From NCBI GenBank assembly GCA_049423145.1, contig JBMSQF010000001.1, positions 27,171 through 91,170 on the forward strand: a stretch of 64,000 nucleotides of DNA. Reading direction: 5' to 3'. Both the position numbers and the translations under genes were made by a program. Shown here piece by piece: positions 49,702 through 58,425 of the stretch. Position 1 is the stretch's first letter. Every line of letters begins with the position of its first letter. The notes under the pieces were generated by a model. The model was given only the letters and a program-made list of their open reading frames with translations. It was not told where the DNA came from and searched no databases. Source of the stretch: Burkholderiaceae bacterium (GTDB lineage: Bacteria; Pseudomonadota; Gammaproteobacteria; Burkholderiales; Burkholderiaceae_C).

Positions 49702-50616
49702 ATGACCACCACTCCGCAAAAGATCGGCTTCATCGGCCTGGGCATCATGGGTTCACCCATGGCCGGCCATCTGCTGGCCGCCGGCCACACCTTGTACGTG
49801 CACACCCGCAGCCAGGTGCCGGCCGAGCTCAGCGCCAAGGGCGCCATCGCCTGCGCCGACGCCCGCAGCGTGGCGCAGCAGGCCGACATCATCTTCACCA
49901 TGGTGCCGGACACCCCCGATGTCGAAAAGGTGCTGTTCGGTGAGCGCGGTGTCGCCGCAGGTCTGTCCAAGGGCAAGGCCGTGGTGGACATGAGCTCCAT
50001 CTCGCCGATCGCGACCCAGGATTTCGCGCGCCGCATCGCCGAATTGGGCTGCGACTACCTCGACGCTCCCGTCTCGGGTGGCGAAGTCGGCGCCAAGGGC
50101 GCCACGCTCACCATCATGGTGGGCGGCAGCGAGGCCGCGTTTGAGCGTGTCAAGCCGCTGTTCGAATTGATGGGCAAGAACATCACCTTGATCGGCCCCG
50201 CCGGTTCGGGCCAGGTCACCAAGGTGGCCAACCAGATCATCGTGGCGCTCAACATCGAGGCGGTGGCCGAGGCCCTGGTGTTCGCCGCCCGCGCCGGCGC
50301 CGACCCGGCCAAGGTGCGCCAGGCGCTGATGGGGGGCTTCGCAGCCAGCCGCATCCTCGAGGTGCACGGCGAGCGCATGGTCAAGCGAACCTTCAACCCG
50401 GGCTTCCGTATCGAGCTGCACCAGAAGGACCTCAACCTGGCCCTGAGCAGTGCGCGCGCTTTGGGCGTGAGCCTGCCCAATACGGCGACCGCACAGGAAC
50501 TCTTCAACGCTTGCGCCGCACACGGCGGAAAGGCCTGGGACCATTCGGCCATGGTGCGGGCGCTGGAGAAGATGGCGAACTTCGAGATCGGCCAGACGAG
50601 CGGACCACAGGGCTGA
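49702..50616 (+). CDS. glxR: 2-hydroxy-3-oxopropionate (tartronate semialdehyde) reductase
   Basis: 'IGFIGLGIMGSPMAGHL' NAD fold and the 3-hydroxyisobutyrate-dehydrogenase-type C-domain. Gene order gcl-hyi-glxR. Confidence 0.9.
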   Translation: MTTTPQKIGFIGLGIMGSPMAGHLLAAGHTLYVHTRSQVPAELSAKGAIACADARSVAQQADIIFTMVPDTPDVEKVLFGERGVAAGLSKGKAVVDMSSISPIATQDFARRIAELGCDYLDAPVSGGEVGAKGATLTIMVGGSEAAFERVKPLFELMGKNITLIGPAGSGQVTKVANQIIVALNIEAVAEALVFAARAGADPAKVRQALMGGFAASRILEVHGERMVKRTFNPGFRIELHQKDLNLALSSARALGVSLPNTATAQELFNACAAHGGKAWDHSAMVRALEKMANFEIGQTSGPQG

Positions 50617-50706
50617 GCCCAGATCCGCAGGACCGATGCATCGGCAGCCGCACGGGATCGCGTGCGAAGATCGTCGGCCCTTCGCTGCAGTGAACCCGAC
50701 GATCAG

Positions 50707-52020
50707 ATGAATCCCGCCGACTGTCCGAACCGCGCCTTGCTGCGACGCTTGTTCGACGCCGCAGTGGCCAGCGCACAGCCCGAACGCTGTGTTCCCGCGC
50801 ATCTGCCACGCATCGACGAGCTGCCGGGCATGGGCCGAGGTCGCCTCGTGGTGATCGGGGCCGGCAAGGCCTCTGCCGCCATGGCCCAGGCCTTGGAAGT
50901 CCACTATGCAGATTGGCCGGGCCGGATGGAAGGCCTGGTGGTCACCCGCTACGGCTATGGTGCGCCGTGCACGCGGATCGAGATCGTCGAGGCTGCGCAC
51001 CCCGTACCCGATGAAGCTGGCTTGCGCGCAGCCCAACGCATGCTGCAGGTGGTGCAGGGCCTGTCGCCGCATGATCTCGTGATCGCGCTCATCTCTGGTG
51101 GGGGCTCTTCCTTGTTGCCGCTGCCCCTGCCGGGCCTCACGCTGGCCGACAAGCAGGCTGTCAATCGCGCACTGTTGCAGTCAGGGGCCACCATCACCGA
51201 GATGAACACCGTGCGCCGTCACCTCTCGGCCATCAAGGGTGGGCGCTTGGCGGCCGCCTGTCATCCCGCCCGCGTGGTGTCGCTGATGATGAGCGATGTC
51301 CCTGGCGACCACGCGATCGACATCGCCTCGGGCCCCACCGTGCCCGATCCCACTTCCTGTGAACAGGCGCTGGATCTCATTGAACGGTACCGGTTGAATT
51401 TGCCCGCGGCGCTCAGCACCAAGATCCGCGAGGTGCTGCACAGTGGGCGCGGCGAGTCGGTCAAGCCGGGTGACCCGCGACTTGCCAAGGCCGAGGCGCG
51501 CCTGGTGGCAGCTCCCCAGCAAGCGCTGGAGGCGGCCGCAAGTGTGGCAGCGGCCGCAGGCTTGCGCGCCCATATCCTGGGCGATTCGCTCGAGGGCGAG
51601 GCCCGCGATGTCGGCCGCGTGCTCGGTGGCATGGCGCTTCAGGTGGCGCAGCGCGGACAGCCTTTCGAGGCACCTTGCGTGCTGCTGTCGGGCGGTGAAA
51701 CCACGGTGACGGTGCGCGGCCAAGGGCGGGGTGGACGCAATGTGGAATGCCTGTTGTCCATGGCCATCAGCACGGCCGGTCATCCCCGCATTTGGGGCTT
51801 GGCCGGCGACACCGATGGCGTCGACGGCGCCGAGGAGATCGCCGGCGCCACCTTCGGACCGGACACCTGGGCCCGCGCCTGGGCCGCCGGCATCAAGCCC
51901 GCTCACCGTTTGGACCTCAACGATGGACACGGCTTCTTCCAAGCCCTTGGGGAGTCCCTCATCACCGGCCCCACCCGCACCAATGTGAACGACTTCCGCG
52001 CCGTCCTCATCACCCAATAA
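50707..52020 (+). CDS. Glycerate 2-kinase (TtuD/MOFRL family)
   Basis: 'VVIGAGKASAAMA', 'LISGGGSSLL' and 'SGGETTV' blocks of the DUF4147/MOFRL glycerate kinases. Confidence 0.85.
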   Translation: MNPADCPNRALLRRLFDAAVASAQPERCVPAHLPRIDELPGMGRGRLVVIGAGKASAAMAQALEVHYADWPGRMEGLVVTRYGYGAPCTRIEIVEAAHPVPDEAGLRAAQRMLQVVQGLSPHDLVIALISGGGSSLLPLPLPGLTLADKQAVNRALLQSGATITEMNTVRRHLSAIKGGRLAAACHPARVVSLMMSDVPGDHAIDIASGPTVPDPTSCEQALDLIERYRLNLPAALSTKIREVLHSGRGESVKPGDPRLAKAEARLVAAPQQALEAAASVAAAAGLRAHILGDSLEGEARDVGRVLGGMALQVAQRGQPFEAPCVLLSGGETTVTVRGQGRGGRNVECLLSMAISTAGHPRIWGLAGDTDGVDGAEEIAGATFGPDTWARAWAAGIKPAHRLDLNDGHGFFQALGESLITGPTRTNVNDFRAVLITQ

Positions 52021-52041
52021 ATGGGGTCAGACCCCATTTTT
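52019..52041. repeat. REP-like palindrome copy 1 (AAATGGGGTC-A-GACCCCATTTTT)
   Basis: Read directly. Starts inside the stop codon of the glycerate kinase gene. Confidence 0.85.
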
Positions 52042-52065
52042 CCGATCCACCCATGAGATGCTCCG

Positions 52066-52090
52066 AAAAATGGAGTCTGACCCCATTTTT
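52066..52090. repeat. REP-like palindrome copy 2 (AAAAATGGAGTC-T-GACCCCATTTTT, one mismatch)
   Basis: Read directly, 25 nt after copy 1. It covers the candidate start codons of the aldolase gene. Confidence 0.85.
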
Positions 52091-52825
52091 GAGATTCGGC
52101 GTGACCTGGCGGCGGCCTTTCGGTTGGCGGCCCGGCGCGGTTGGGACGACATCGTCTGGACGCACCTTTCCGCTGCGGTGCCGGGAGAGCCGGGCCATTA
52201 CTTCATCAACCGCTTTGGGCTGCGCTTCGATGAAGTGACCGCATCCAATTTGGTGAAGGTGGACGTGCAGGGCCGCGTTGTGGATGGATCATCGGCGCCA
52301 GTGAACCCAAGTGGGTTCGCCATCCACGGCTGTGTCCATGCGGCCCGGACCGATGCGGTGTGCGTCATTCACCTGCACACGCTGTGGGGGCAGACCCTGG
52401 CGGCGAGGCCCGAGGGGCTCCTGCCTTGTTCGCAGCCGGCGATGCGGCTGCATGGGCGATTGGGGCGCCATGCCTATGAGGGCTTGGCCTTCGAAGGGCC
52501 GGAGCGTGCGCGGCTGGTGCAGTCGCTCGGGCGCCATGACGGCCTGATCCTGGAGAACCACGGTGTGCTCACCGTTGGTCGAACCGTGGCAGAAGCCTTT
52601 GTGTTGATGCACCTGCTGGAGCGCGCGGCCCAGGTCCAGCTGCAGGCGCAGTCGGCCGGCGCTGAGGTGCTGTGCGCGCCGCCCGATGTCGTCGCCCGCA
52701 CGCAGCAGCAGTGGATCGGCGACGGCCGCACGCCCGAAGGAGTCGATGAGTGGCCGGCGCTCTTGCGGCAGGTGCAGCGCAGCGACCCGGACTTTCTGGG
52801 TGAACGCCACCCGGATGGGCGGTGA
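52070..52825 (+). CDS. Class II aldolase/adducin-family protein
   Basis: 'RRDLAAAFRLAARRGWDDIVWTHLSAAVPG', 'GFAIHGCVHAAR', 'VIHLHT' and 'LENHGVLTVG' metal-binding pattern. ATG at 52070 (or 52058); both lie within or next to repeat copy 2. Confidence 0.8.
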   Translation: MESDPIFEIRRDLAAAFRLAARRGWDDIVWTHLSAAVPGEPGHYFINRFGLRFDEVTASNLVKVDVQGRVVDGSSAPVNPSGFAIHGCVHAARTDAVCVIHLHTLWGQTLAARPEGLLPCSQPAMRLHGRLGRHAYEGLAFEGPERARLVQSLGRHDGLILENHGVLTVGRTVAEAFVLMHLLERAAQVQLQAQSAGAEVLCAPPDVVARTQQQWIGDGRTPEGVDEWPALLRQVQRSDPDFLGERHPDGR

Positions 52826-52876
52826 CGCGCGCAGGGGGTGTTGGATCGAAGCCGAGCGAGCGGCGCCGCTTTGACG

Positions 52877-52902
52877 AAAAATGGGGTCTGACCCCATTTT
52901 TT
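52877..52902. repeat. REP-like palindrome copy 3 (AAAAATGGGGTC-T-GACCCCATTTTTT)
   Basis: Read directly between the aldolase stop and the tautomerase SD. Confidence 0.85.
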
Positions 52903-52914
52903 AGCGGAGGCTCC

Positions 52915-53127
52915 ATGCCCTTGATCCGAGTTGAACTCTTCGAAGGTCGCACCCCTGAGCAGAAGCGCGCGCTGGCGCAGGCCCTGACCGAGACCACCTG
53001 CCGCGTGCTGGGTGCCAAACCCGAGGCTGTGGACGTGATGTTCTTTGACATCGCGCGCCACGATTGGGCCTCGGCGGGTGTGTTGTGGAGCGACAAGTCC
53101 CCGGCGCCGCCGCCGGCGGGCAGCTGA
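52915..53127 (+). CDS. 4-oxalocrotonate tautomerase family protein (70 aa)
   Basis: GGAGG SD. 'MPLIRVELFEGRTPEQKRALAQALTE' with catalytic Pro-1. Confidence 0.85.
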   Translation: MPLIRVELFEGRTPEQKRALAQALTETTCRVLGAKPEAVDVMFFDIARHDWASAGVLWSDKSPAPPPAGS

Positions 53128-53137
53128 ACCGGTCTGT

Positions 53138-54394
53138 TCAAGCTGCAAGCATCGCGTCGATCCATTCCACCCAGTGCTGCACCGGCACCTCGGTGCCGCT
53201 TTGAAGGTGCTGGATGCAGCCGATGTTGGCCGACAGAATCGCGCGTGGTTGGAGTTCCTTCAAATGACCGAGCTTGCGGTCGCGCAGTTGCATCGACAGT
53301 TCGGGCTGCAGCACCGAGTAGGTACCGGCTGAACCGCAGCACAGGTGACTCTCGCAAGCCGCCACTTCGATGGGAAGGCCCAGCTCCCGCAGATGGGTCT
53401 CCACGCCGCCGCGCAGCTTCATCCCATGCTGAAGGGTGCAGGGCGGGTGATAGGCCAGCGTGCCGCGCCCCGTTCTGGCGGCCGACCCGCTCTTGCCGCC
53501 CAATAGACTCTTGAGGCGCGGCAGCAGGTCTGGCAACAGCTCGCTCAGGTCCCGCGTCTTCTCGCTGATCAACTGGGCCCGCTGTGCATACTCGGGGTCA
53601 TGCGCCAGATGCTGCGCGTACTCCTTGACCGTGACGCCGCAGCCGGAGGCGTTCATCACCACAGCCTCCACCTCGCCCGACTGGAGCATCGACCACCAGG
53701 CATCGATGTTGCGCCGCATGTCGGCCAGCCCACCTTCGTGGTCGTTGAGGTGCGCGCGAATCGCGCCGCAGCACCCGGCGCCTTCGGCCACCAGGGTCTG
53801 GATGCCGCAGGCGTCCAGCACGCGCGCGGTGGCGCTGTTGACATTGGGCATCATGGCCGGTTGCACGCAACCGGCCAGCATCAGCACCTTCCGTGGGTGC
53901 TGGCGTGTGGGCCACAGACCCGCGCGTGCCGGCGTGGCGCCGGGCACCTTCTTCTTCAAGGAATCCGGCAAGAGCGGGCGTGCGAGTTTGCCCATTGCCA
54001 TGGCGGGCTTGAACAGCGGCGAGGTCAGGCCTTCCTTGAGCAGCCAGCGCACCGCCTTCTCGCGGCCCTGGCGCGGCACGCGCTCTTCCACGATGTTCCG
54101 GCCGATCTCCACCAACTGACCGTATTGCACGCCCGAAGGGCAGGTGGTCTCGCAGTTGCGGCAGGTCAGGCAACGGTCCAGGTGCTGCTGGGTCTTGGTG
54201 GTGACTTCAGCGCCTTCCAGCACTTGCTTGATGAGGTAGATGCGCCCGCGCGGGCCGTCCAATTCATCACCCAGCAGTTGATAGGTGGGACAGGTGGCGG
54301 TGCAGAAACCACAGTGCACGCATTTGCGCAAGATGGCCTCGGCCGCCTGGCCCTCGCGGGTGCCGGCGAATTCTGGTGCGAGATGGGTTTGCAT
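53138..54394 (-). CDS. glcF: Glycolate oxidase iron-sulfur subunit
   Basis: Two ferredoxin-type clusters 'CVHCGFCTATCP' and 'CLTCRNCETTCP', plus CCG domains. Confidence 0.92.
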   Translation of the reverse strand: MQTHLAPEFAGTREGQAAEAILRKCVHCGFCTATCPTYQLLGDELDGPRGRIYLIKQVLEGAEVTTKTQQHLDRCLTCRNCETTCPSGVQYGQLVEIGRNIVEERVPRQGREKAVRWLLKEGLTSPLFKPAMAMGKLARPLLPDSLKKKVPGATPARAGLWPTRQHPRKVLMLAGCVQPAMMPNVNSATARVLDACGIQTLVAEGAGCCGAIRAHLNDHEGGLADMRRNIDAWWSMLQSGEVEAVVMNASGCGVTVKEYAQHLAHDPEYAQRAQLISEKTRDLSELLPDLLPRLKSLLGGKSGSAARTGRGTLAYHPPCTLQHGMKLRGGVETHLRELGLPIEVAACESHLCCGSAGTYSVLQPELSMQLRDRKLGHLKELQPRAILSANIGCIQHLQSGTEVPVQHWVEWIDAMLAA

Positions 54395-54406
54395 GGAACG
54401 GCGAGA

Positions 54407-55564
54407 TCAGAAATCGGGATGCAGGCGGCCTCGATTGAACAGGCCGTGGGGATCGAAGGCGGCCTTGAGCTGGCGGTGAATGCGCAGCAGCACCGGATCG
54501 AGCGCCATCGTCGTACCCGATCGGGGGCCGCGAAAGATCTGTGCATGCCCACCGGCGGCCCGTGCGGCCTTCATCAGGGCTTGCTCCGTATCGGCATCCC
54601 CTTCGGCGGTGACCACCCAACGCTGCGCACCGCCCCACTCGATGAGCGTGCCACTGCCCAGGCCCGTCACACCCAGGGGCCCAGCCGTCTGGGGCACCGA
54701 CACCCGCCAGAGATGGCCGGCCTTGCTCACCGCCGACAGGGCTTCACCAAAGAATTCATCGCGCTGATCGCGCAAGCCCGCCCAAAACGCGTGGGCCATT
54801 TCGGTAGGGATGGTTTCACCACCCAGGCGGCGCTGCGCGGACTCCACTGCCGCGCGCGCGCCCGACAGCCGAACCACCAGCACGCCGTCCCACCACGCGC
54901 TGGCGTGCAGAGGAAGGGGCTGGCCACCCCACTCGTTGAGCCGCGCCAGGGCACTGCGCTCATCACAGTCAAACCGCAGCGTCGTCGTGGAAGGCGCCAT
55001 GGGCAGCACCTTGAGCGAGACCTCCAGGATCACGCCCAGCACCCCCATCGAGCCAGCGAGCAGGCGCGAGACGTCATAGCCCGCCACGTTCTTCATCACC
55101 TGCCCACCAAATGACAGCACCTCGGCCCGTCCGTTGAGCAGGCTCGCGCCCAACACGAAGTCCCGAACCCCGCCGACGGCTGCACGGGCAGGGCCCGCCA
55201 AACCGGCAGCGACCGCGCCACCCACCGTGCAGCCAGGTTCGTGCCGGGGCGGCTCGAAGGCCAGACACTGACCCTTCTCCGCCAAAACGGATTCCACCTC
55301 CGACAGGGGGGTGCCCGCCCGCGCGGTGATCACAAGCTCGCTGGGTTCGTAGCTGCTGATGCCGCGCAGGGCGCCGGTGCTCAGCAGCTCGCCCTGGAGG
55401 GGGCCGCCGAGAAAGTCCTTGCTGCCCGCGCCGCGGATGCACAGACCGCCGCCCTCACCGTCAGCCGCGGCGCCGTGGACCGTCGCTGCGCGCACCCGGT
55501 CCACGAGTTCTTCGAGCGCCGCATCCCGCAAGGTGGGCGGTGAACCCTCCACCACGCCGTGCAT
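54407..55564 (-). CDS. glcE: Glycolate oxidase FAD-binding subunit
   Basis: FAD_binding_4 (PCMH) domain, about 385 aa, between glcD and glcF. The start overlaps the glcD stop by 1 nt. Confidence 0.88.
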   Translation of the reverse strand: MHGVVEGSPPTLRDAALEELVDRVRAATVHGAAADGEGGGLCIRGAGSKDFLGGPLQGELLSTGALRGISSYEPSELVITARAGTPLSEVESVLAEKGQCLAFEPPRHEPGCTVGGAVAAGLAGPARAAVGGVRDFVLGASLLNGRAEVLSFGGQVMKNVAGYDVSRLLAGSMGVLGVILEVSLKVLPMAPSTTTLRFDCDERSALARLNEWGGQPLPLHASAWWDGVLVVRLSGARAAVESAQRRLGGETIPTEMAHAFWAGLRDQRDEFFGEALSAVSKAGHLWRVSVPQTAGPLGVTGLGSGTLIEWGGAQRWVVTAEGDADTEQALMKAARAAGGHAQIFRGPRSGTTMALDPVLLRIHRQLKAAFDPHGLFNRGRLHPDF

Positions 55565-57105
55565 CAGAACCGCTCCAATTGGGGAAAGGGCAGCAACCCC
55601 TTCTTCACATGCATCTTGCCGCCTTCGGCGCAGCGCGTGAGCGTGGGGATCACCTTGCCGGGGTTGAGCAGGCCCTCTGCATCAAAGGCGCGCTTGAGCG
55701 CGAACATCTGCTCGCGCTCTTCAGGTGCGAACTGGACGCACATGCTGCCGAGCTTCTCGACACCCACGCCATGTTCGCCGGTGACGGTGCCGCCCATGCG
55801 CACGCTGGTCTCCAGGATGTCCGCGCCAAACAGCTCACAGCGGTGCAACTGGTCGGGGTCGTTGGCGTCGAACAGGATCAGCGGGTGCAGGTTGCCGTCG
55901 CCGGCATGGAACACGTTCAGGCAGCGAAGGCCGTACTGGTTTTCCATTTCGGCAATGGCCACCAGGATGTCGGCCAGGCGCTTGCGGGGGATGGTGGAGT
56001 CCATGCACATGTAGTCGGGACTGATCCGCCCGCTGGCGGGGAAGGCATTCTTGCGGCCGCTCCAGAACTTCAGGCGCTGCGCCTCATCCTTGCTCACCTC
56101 CAGCCGCGTGGCGCCACAGCCGGAGAGCACCTCCAGCATGCGATCGATTTCCTCGGCCACCTCCTCCGGCGTACCGTCGGCCTCGCACAGCAGGATGGCC
56201 TCGGCATGGAGGTCGTAGCCTGCGTGCACAAAATCTTCGACCGCGGCGGTCATGGGCCTGTCCATCATCTCCAGACCCGCCGGGATGATGCCTGCGGCGA
56301 TCACCGCGGCCACCGCTTCGCCGGCGCGCCGCACATCGTCAAAGCTCGCCATGATGCAGCGCGCCAGTTGTGGCTTGGGCACGAGCTTGACCACCACTTC
56401 GGTGGTGACAGCCAACATGCCCTCGCTGCCCACGATCACGCTCAGCAGGTCCAGGCCCGCAGCATCCAGGGCGCGCGAGCCGAAGGTCACCGGCTCACCC
56501 TCGATGGTGTAGCCGCGCACCTGCAGCACGTTGTGCACCGTCAAGCCGTACTTCAGGCAATGCACGCCACCAGAGTTCTCGGCCACGTTGCCACCAATCG
56601 TGCAGGCGATTTGGCTGGAGGGGTCGGGCGCGTAGTACAGACCGTAGGGTGCCGCTGCTTCGCTGATGGCCAGATTGCGCACGCCACATTGCACGGTGGC
56701 CGTGCGTGAGACGGGGTCCACCTGGAGGATCTTGTTGAACTTGGCCAGCGACAGCGTCACGCCACGCTCATGGGGCATCGCTCCGCCGGAGAGCCCGGTG
56801 CCCGCACCGCGCGCCACCACCGGCACCTGCAGACGGTGGCAGGTGCGCAGTACTGCAGCCACCTGCGCTTCGGTCTCTGGCAGGGCCACGCACAGCGGGG
56901 TGGCGCGGTAAGCCGTCAGGCCATCGCATTCGTAGGGCACCACATCTTCCTGATGCCACAGCAGCGCGTGCTCAGGCAAGAGTGCGCGCAGGGCCTGCAC
57001 GACTTCCGTCTGCCGCTGGGCGCGCGGCACATCGGACAGGCCGCCCGCGGCCGGCGGTAAAGACCCTGGCGCATCCAGCGCGCCGGGTGGTAAGGGGGCG
57101 TTCAT
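55564..57105 (-). CDS. glcD: Glycolate oxidase subunit GlcD
   Basis: In-frame ATG in track ORF 55564..57180. 'VVARGAGTGLSGGA' FAD motif and a FAD-linked oxidase C-domain. Confidence 0.92.
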   Translation of the reverse strand: MNAPLPPGALDAPGSLPPAAGGLSDVPRAQRQTEVVQALRALLPEHALLWHQEDVVPYECDGLTAYRATPLCVALPETEAQVAAVLRTCHRLQVPVVARGAGTGLSGGAMPHERGVTLSLAKFNKILQVDPVSRTATVQCGVRNLAISEAAAPYGLYYAPDPSSQIACTIGGNVAENSGGVHCLKYGLTVHNVLQVRGYTIEGEPVTFGSRALDAAGLDLLSVIVGSEGMLAVTTEVVVKLVPKPQLARCIMASFDDVRRAGEAVAAVIAAGIIPAGLEMMDRPMTAAVEDFVHAGYDLHAEAILLCEADGTPEEVAEEIDRMLEVLSGCGATRLEVSKDEAQRLKFWSGRKNAFPASGRISPDYMCMDSTIPRKRLADILVAIAEMENQYGLRCLNVFHAGDGNLHPLILFDANDPDQLHRCELFGADILETSVRMGGTVTGEHGVGVEKLGSMCVQFAPEEREQMFALKRAFDAEGLLNPGKVIPTLTRCAEGGKMHVKKGLLPFPQLERF

Positions 57106-57163
57106 TGAGCAGACTCCAGGGAGGGCGGGACGCGTGGCCCGTCGTCCCGTAAGCTGAACCTTA

Positions 57164-58372
57164 TCAGGGCTCTCTGACAAAAACCGTCAGCACGCCCGTA
57201 TAGCCGTACAGGTGGTGGTGACCGATCTCGCCGGCCGCGAAGAAGCCCACCAGCGGCACGTTGCCCAAGGCATGCTGGATGATCTGCAGTTCGGCCGACG
57301 GGCCGCCGAAATGGGCACCGCCACGGCCCGAACAGCTCACATACAGAGCGCCGGCCACCCGCTGCACCGGGTCCAGCGGGCCACTGTCGGGCACGGTGGC
57401 CACCGCCGGCAGGGTTTCGGCCAGTTCTTCGCGGATTTCGCTGCAGATGCGCACCAGGTCGCGCCGCGCGGCTTCCACATCCCGTCGGCAGAAAGCCAGG
57501 TGCATGCCAACCGTCAGTTGTTCGGCCACCGCGAAGGCGCGGCGCGTCGGATCCAGGCCGACGAGGTGCCGAACCCGAACATCCGGACCGAAGTTCCCGC
57601 CGCGGGCACCCACCGACGAGGGCACATCGGCCGCCAAGAGCCCCACGAGGGTTTGGCGCAGTGTCGGAATGGCGCGGCGCGGTTCGTCCAAATCGATCCC
57701 GAGGTCTTCTGCCAGGCAATCCAAGGCCGGCCGGCCGTCCAATTCCAGCACCAGATGCTGTTCACAGGCGGTGATTCGCCGCGCCCGGCTCACCGGTTGA
57801 GAACCCTGGGTGACGCGCGAGATCAGGTGCACATCGCGCCCGAATGCCACGCCGGAGAGACCTCCCTCAAAGGCACCGTCGGCGAGTTGCCAGGACGCAC
57901 CGCGGGAGGCCGTCAGCCCACCAAACAGATAAGCCGAGCCGGTGCGGTCGCTCATCTCGGCAATCAACTCCGGCAGGTCCGGTGTCGCCGGATCGGCATG
58001 GACCAGCGCCGTCCAGGCTTCAATGCCGTTGAGGGGGCGCGCGCCAGAGAACACACGGAACCGCCCGTGGGGTACGGCGCCCAGCATCATCACCAAGGCC
58101 GGCTCGTCGAAGTACTCCACGCCGCAGGCGGCTACGCCCACGCCCACGGTGCCCACCCAACTGACGCCGGGCCAGTTGGCCTGCAGCGCTTCCATCAGGG
58201 CCTGTGCATGCGGGCTGTAGTGGTCCGTGAGGTAGACGAAACCCAGGGTGGCCGCACTCGGCCCTGCTTCACCCCAGAGCGCGGACTTCTGCGCCTGCAG
58301 TTGGGCCTCTGCCAGCGCCAAGGCCATGCGCCAATCCGGATGGGTGGCGTGCGCGTGCAGGAAGGGTTGCAT
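57164..58372 (-). CDS. FIST N/C domain protein (stand-alone putative sensor)
   Basis: In-frame ATG in track ORF 57164..58564. 'GFVYLTDHY' and 'GAL.VSC.GRG..HFG....E' with 'VPLVGFFAAGEIG' typical of FIST_C. Confidence 0.75.
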   Translation of the reverse strand: MQPFLHAHATHPDWRMALALAEAQLQAQKSALWGEAGPSAATLGFVYLTDHYSPHAQALMEALQANWPGVSWVGTVGVGVAACGVEYFDEPALVMMLGAVPHGRFRVFSGARPLNGIEAWTALVHADPATPDLPELIAEMSDRTGSAYLFGGLTASRGASWQLADGAFEGGLSGVAFGRDVHLISRVTQGSQPVSRARRITACEQHLVLELDGRPALDCLAEDLGIDLDEPRRAIPTLRQTLVGLLAADVPSSVGARGGNFGPDVRVRHLVGLDPTRRAFAVAEQLTVGMHLAFCRRDVEAARRDLVRICSEIREELAETLPAVATVPDSGPLDPVQRVAGALYVSCSGRGGAHFGGPSAELQIIQHALGNVPLVGFFAAGEIGHHHLYGYTGVLTVFVREP

Positions 58373-58425
58373 GGGCGGAGTGTGCGCCCGAATCGATGGG
58401 CTCGGGTTTTGCGGGGGGAACGGGC

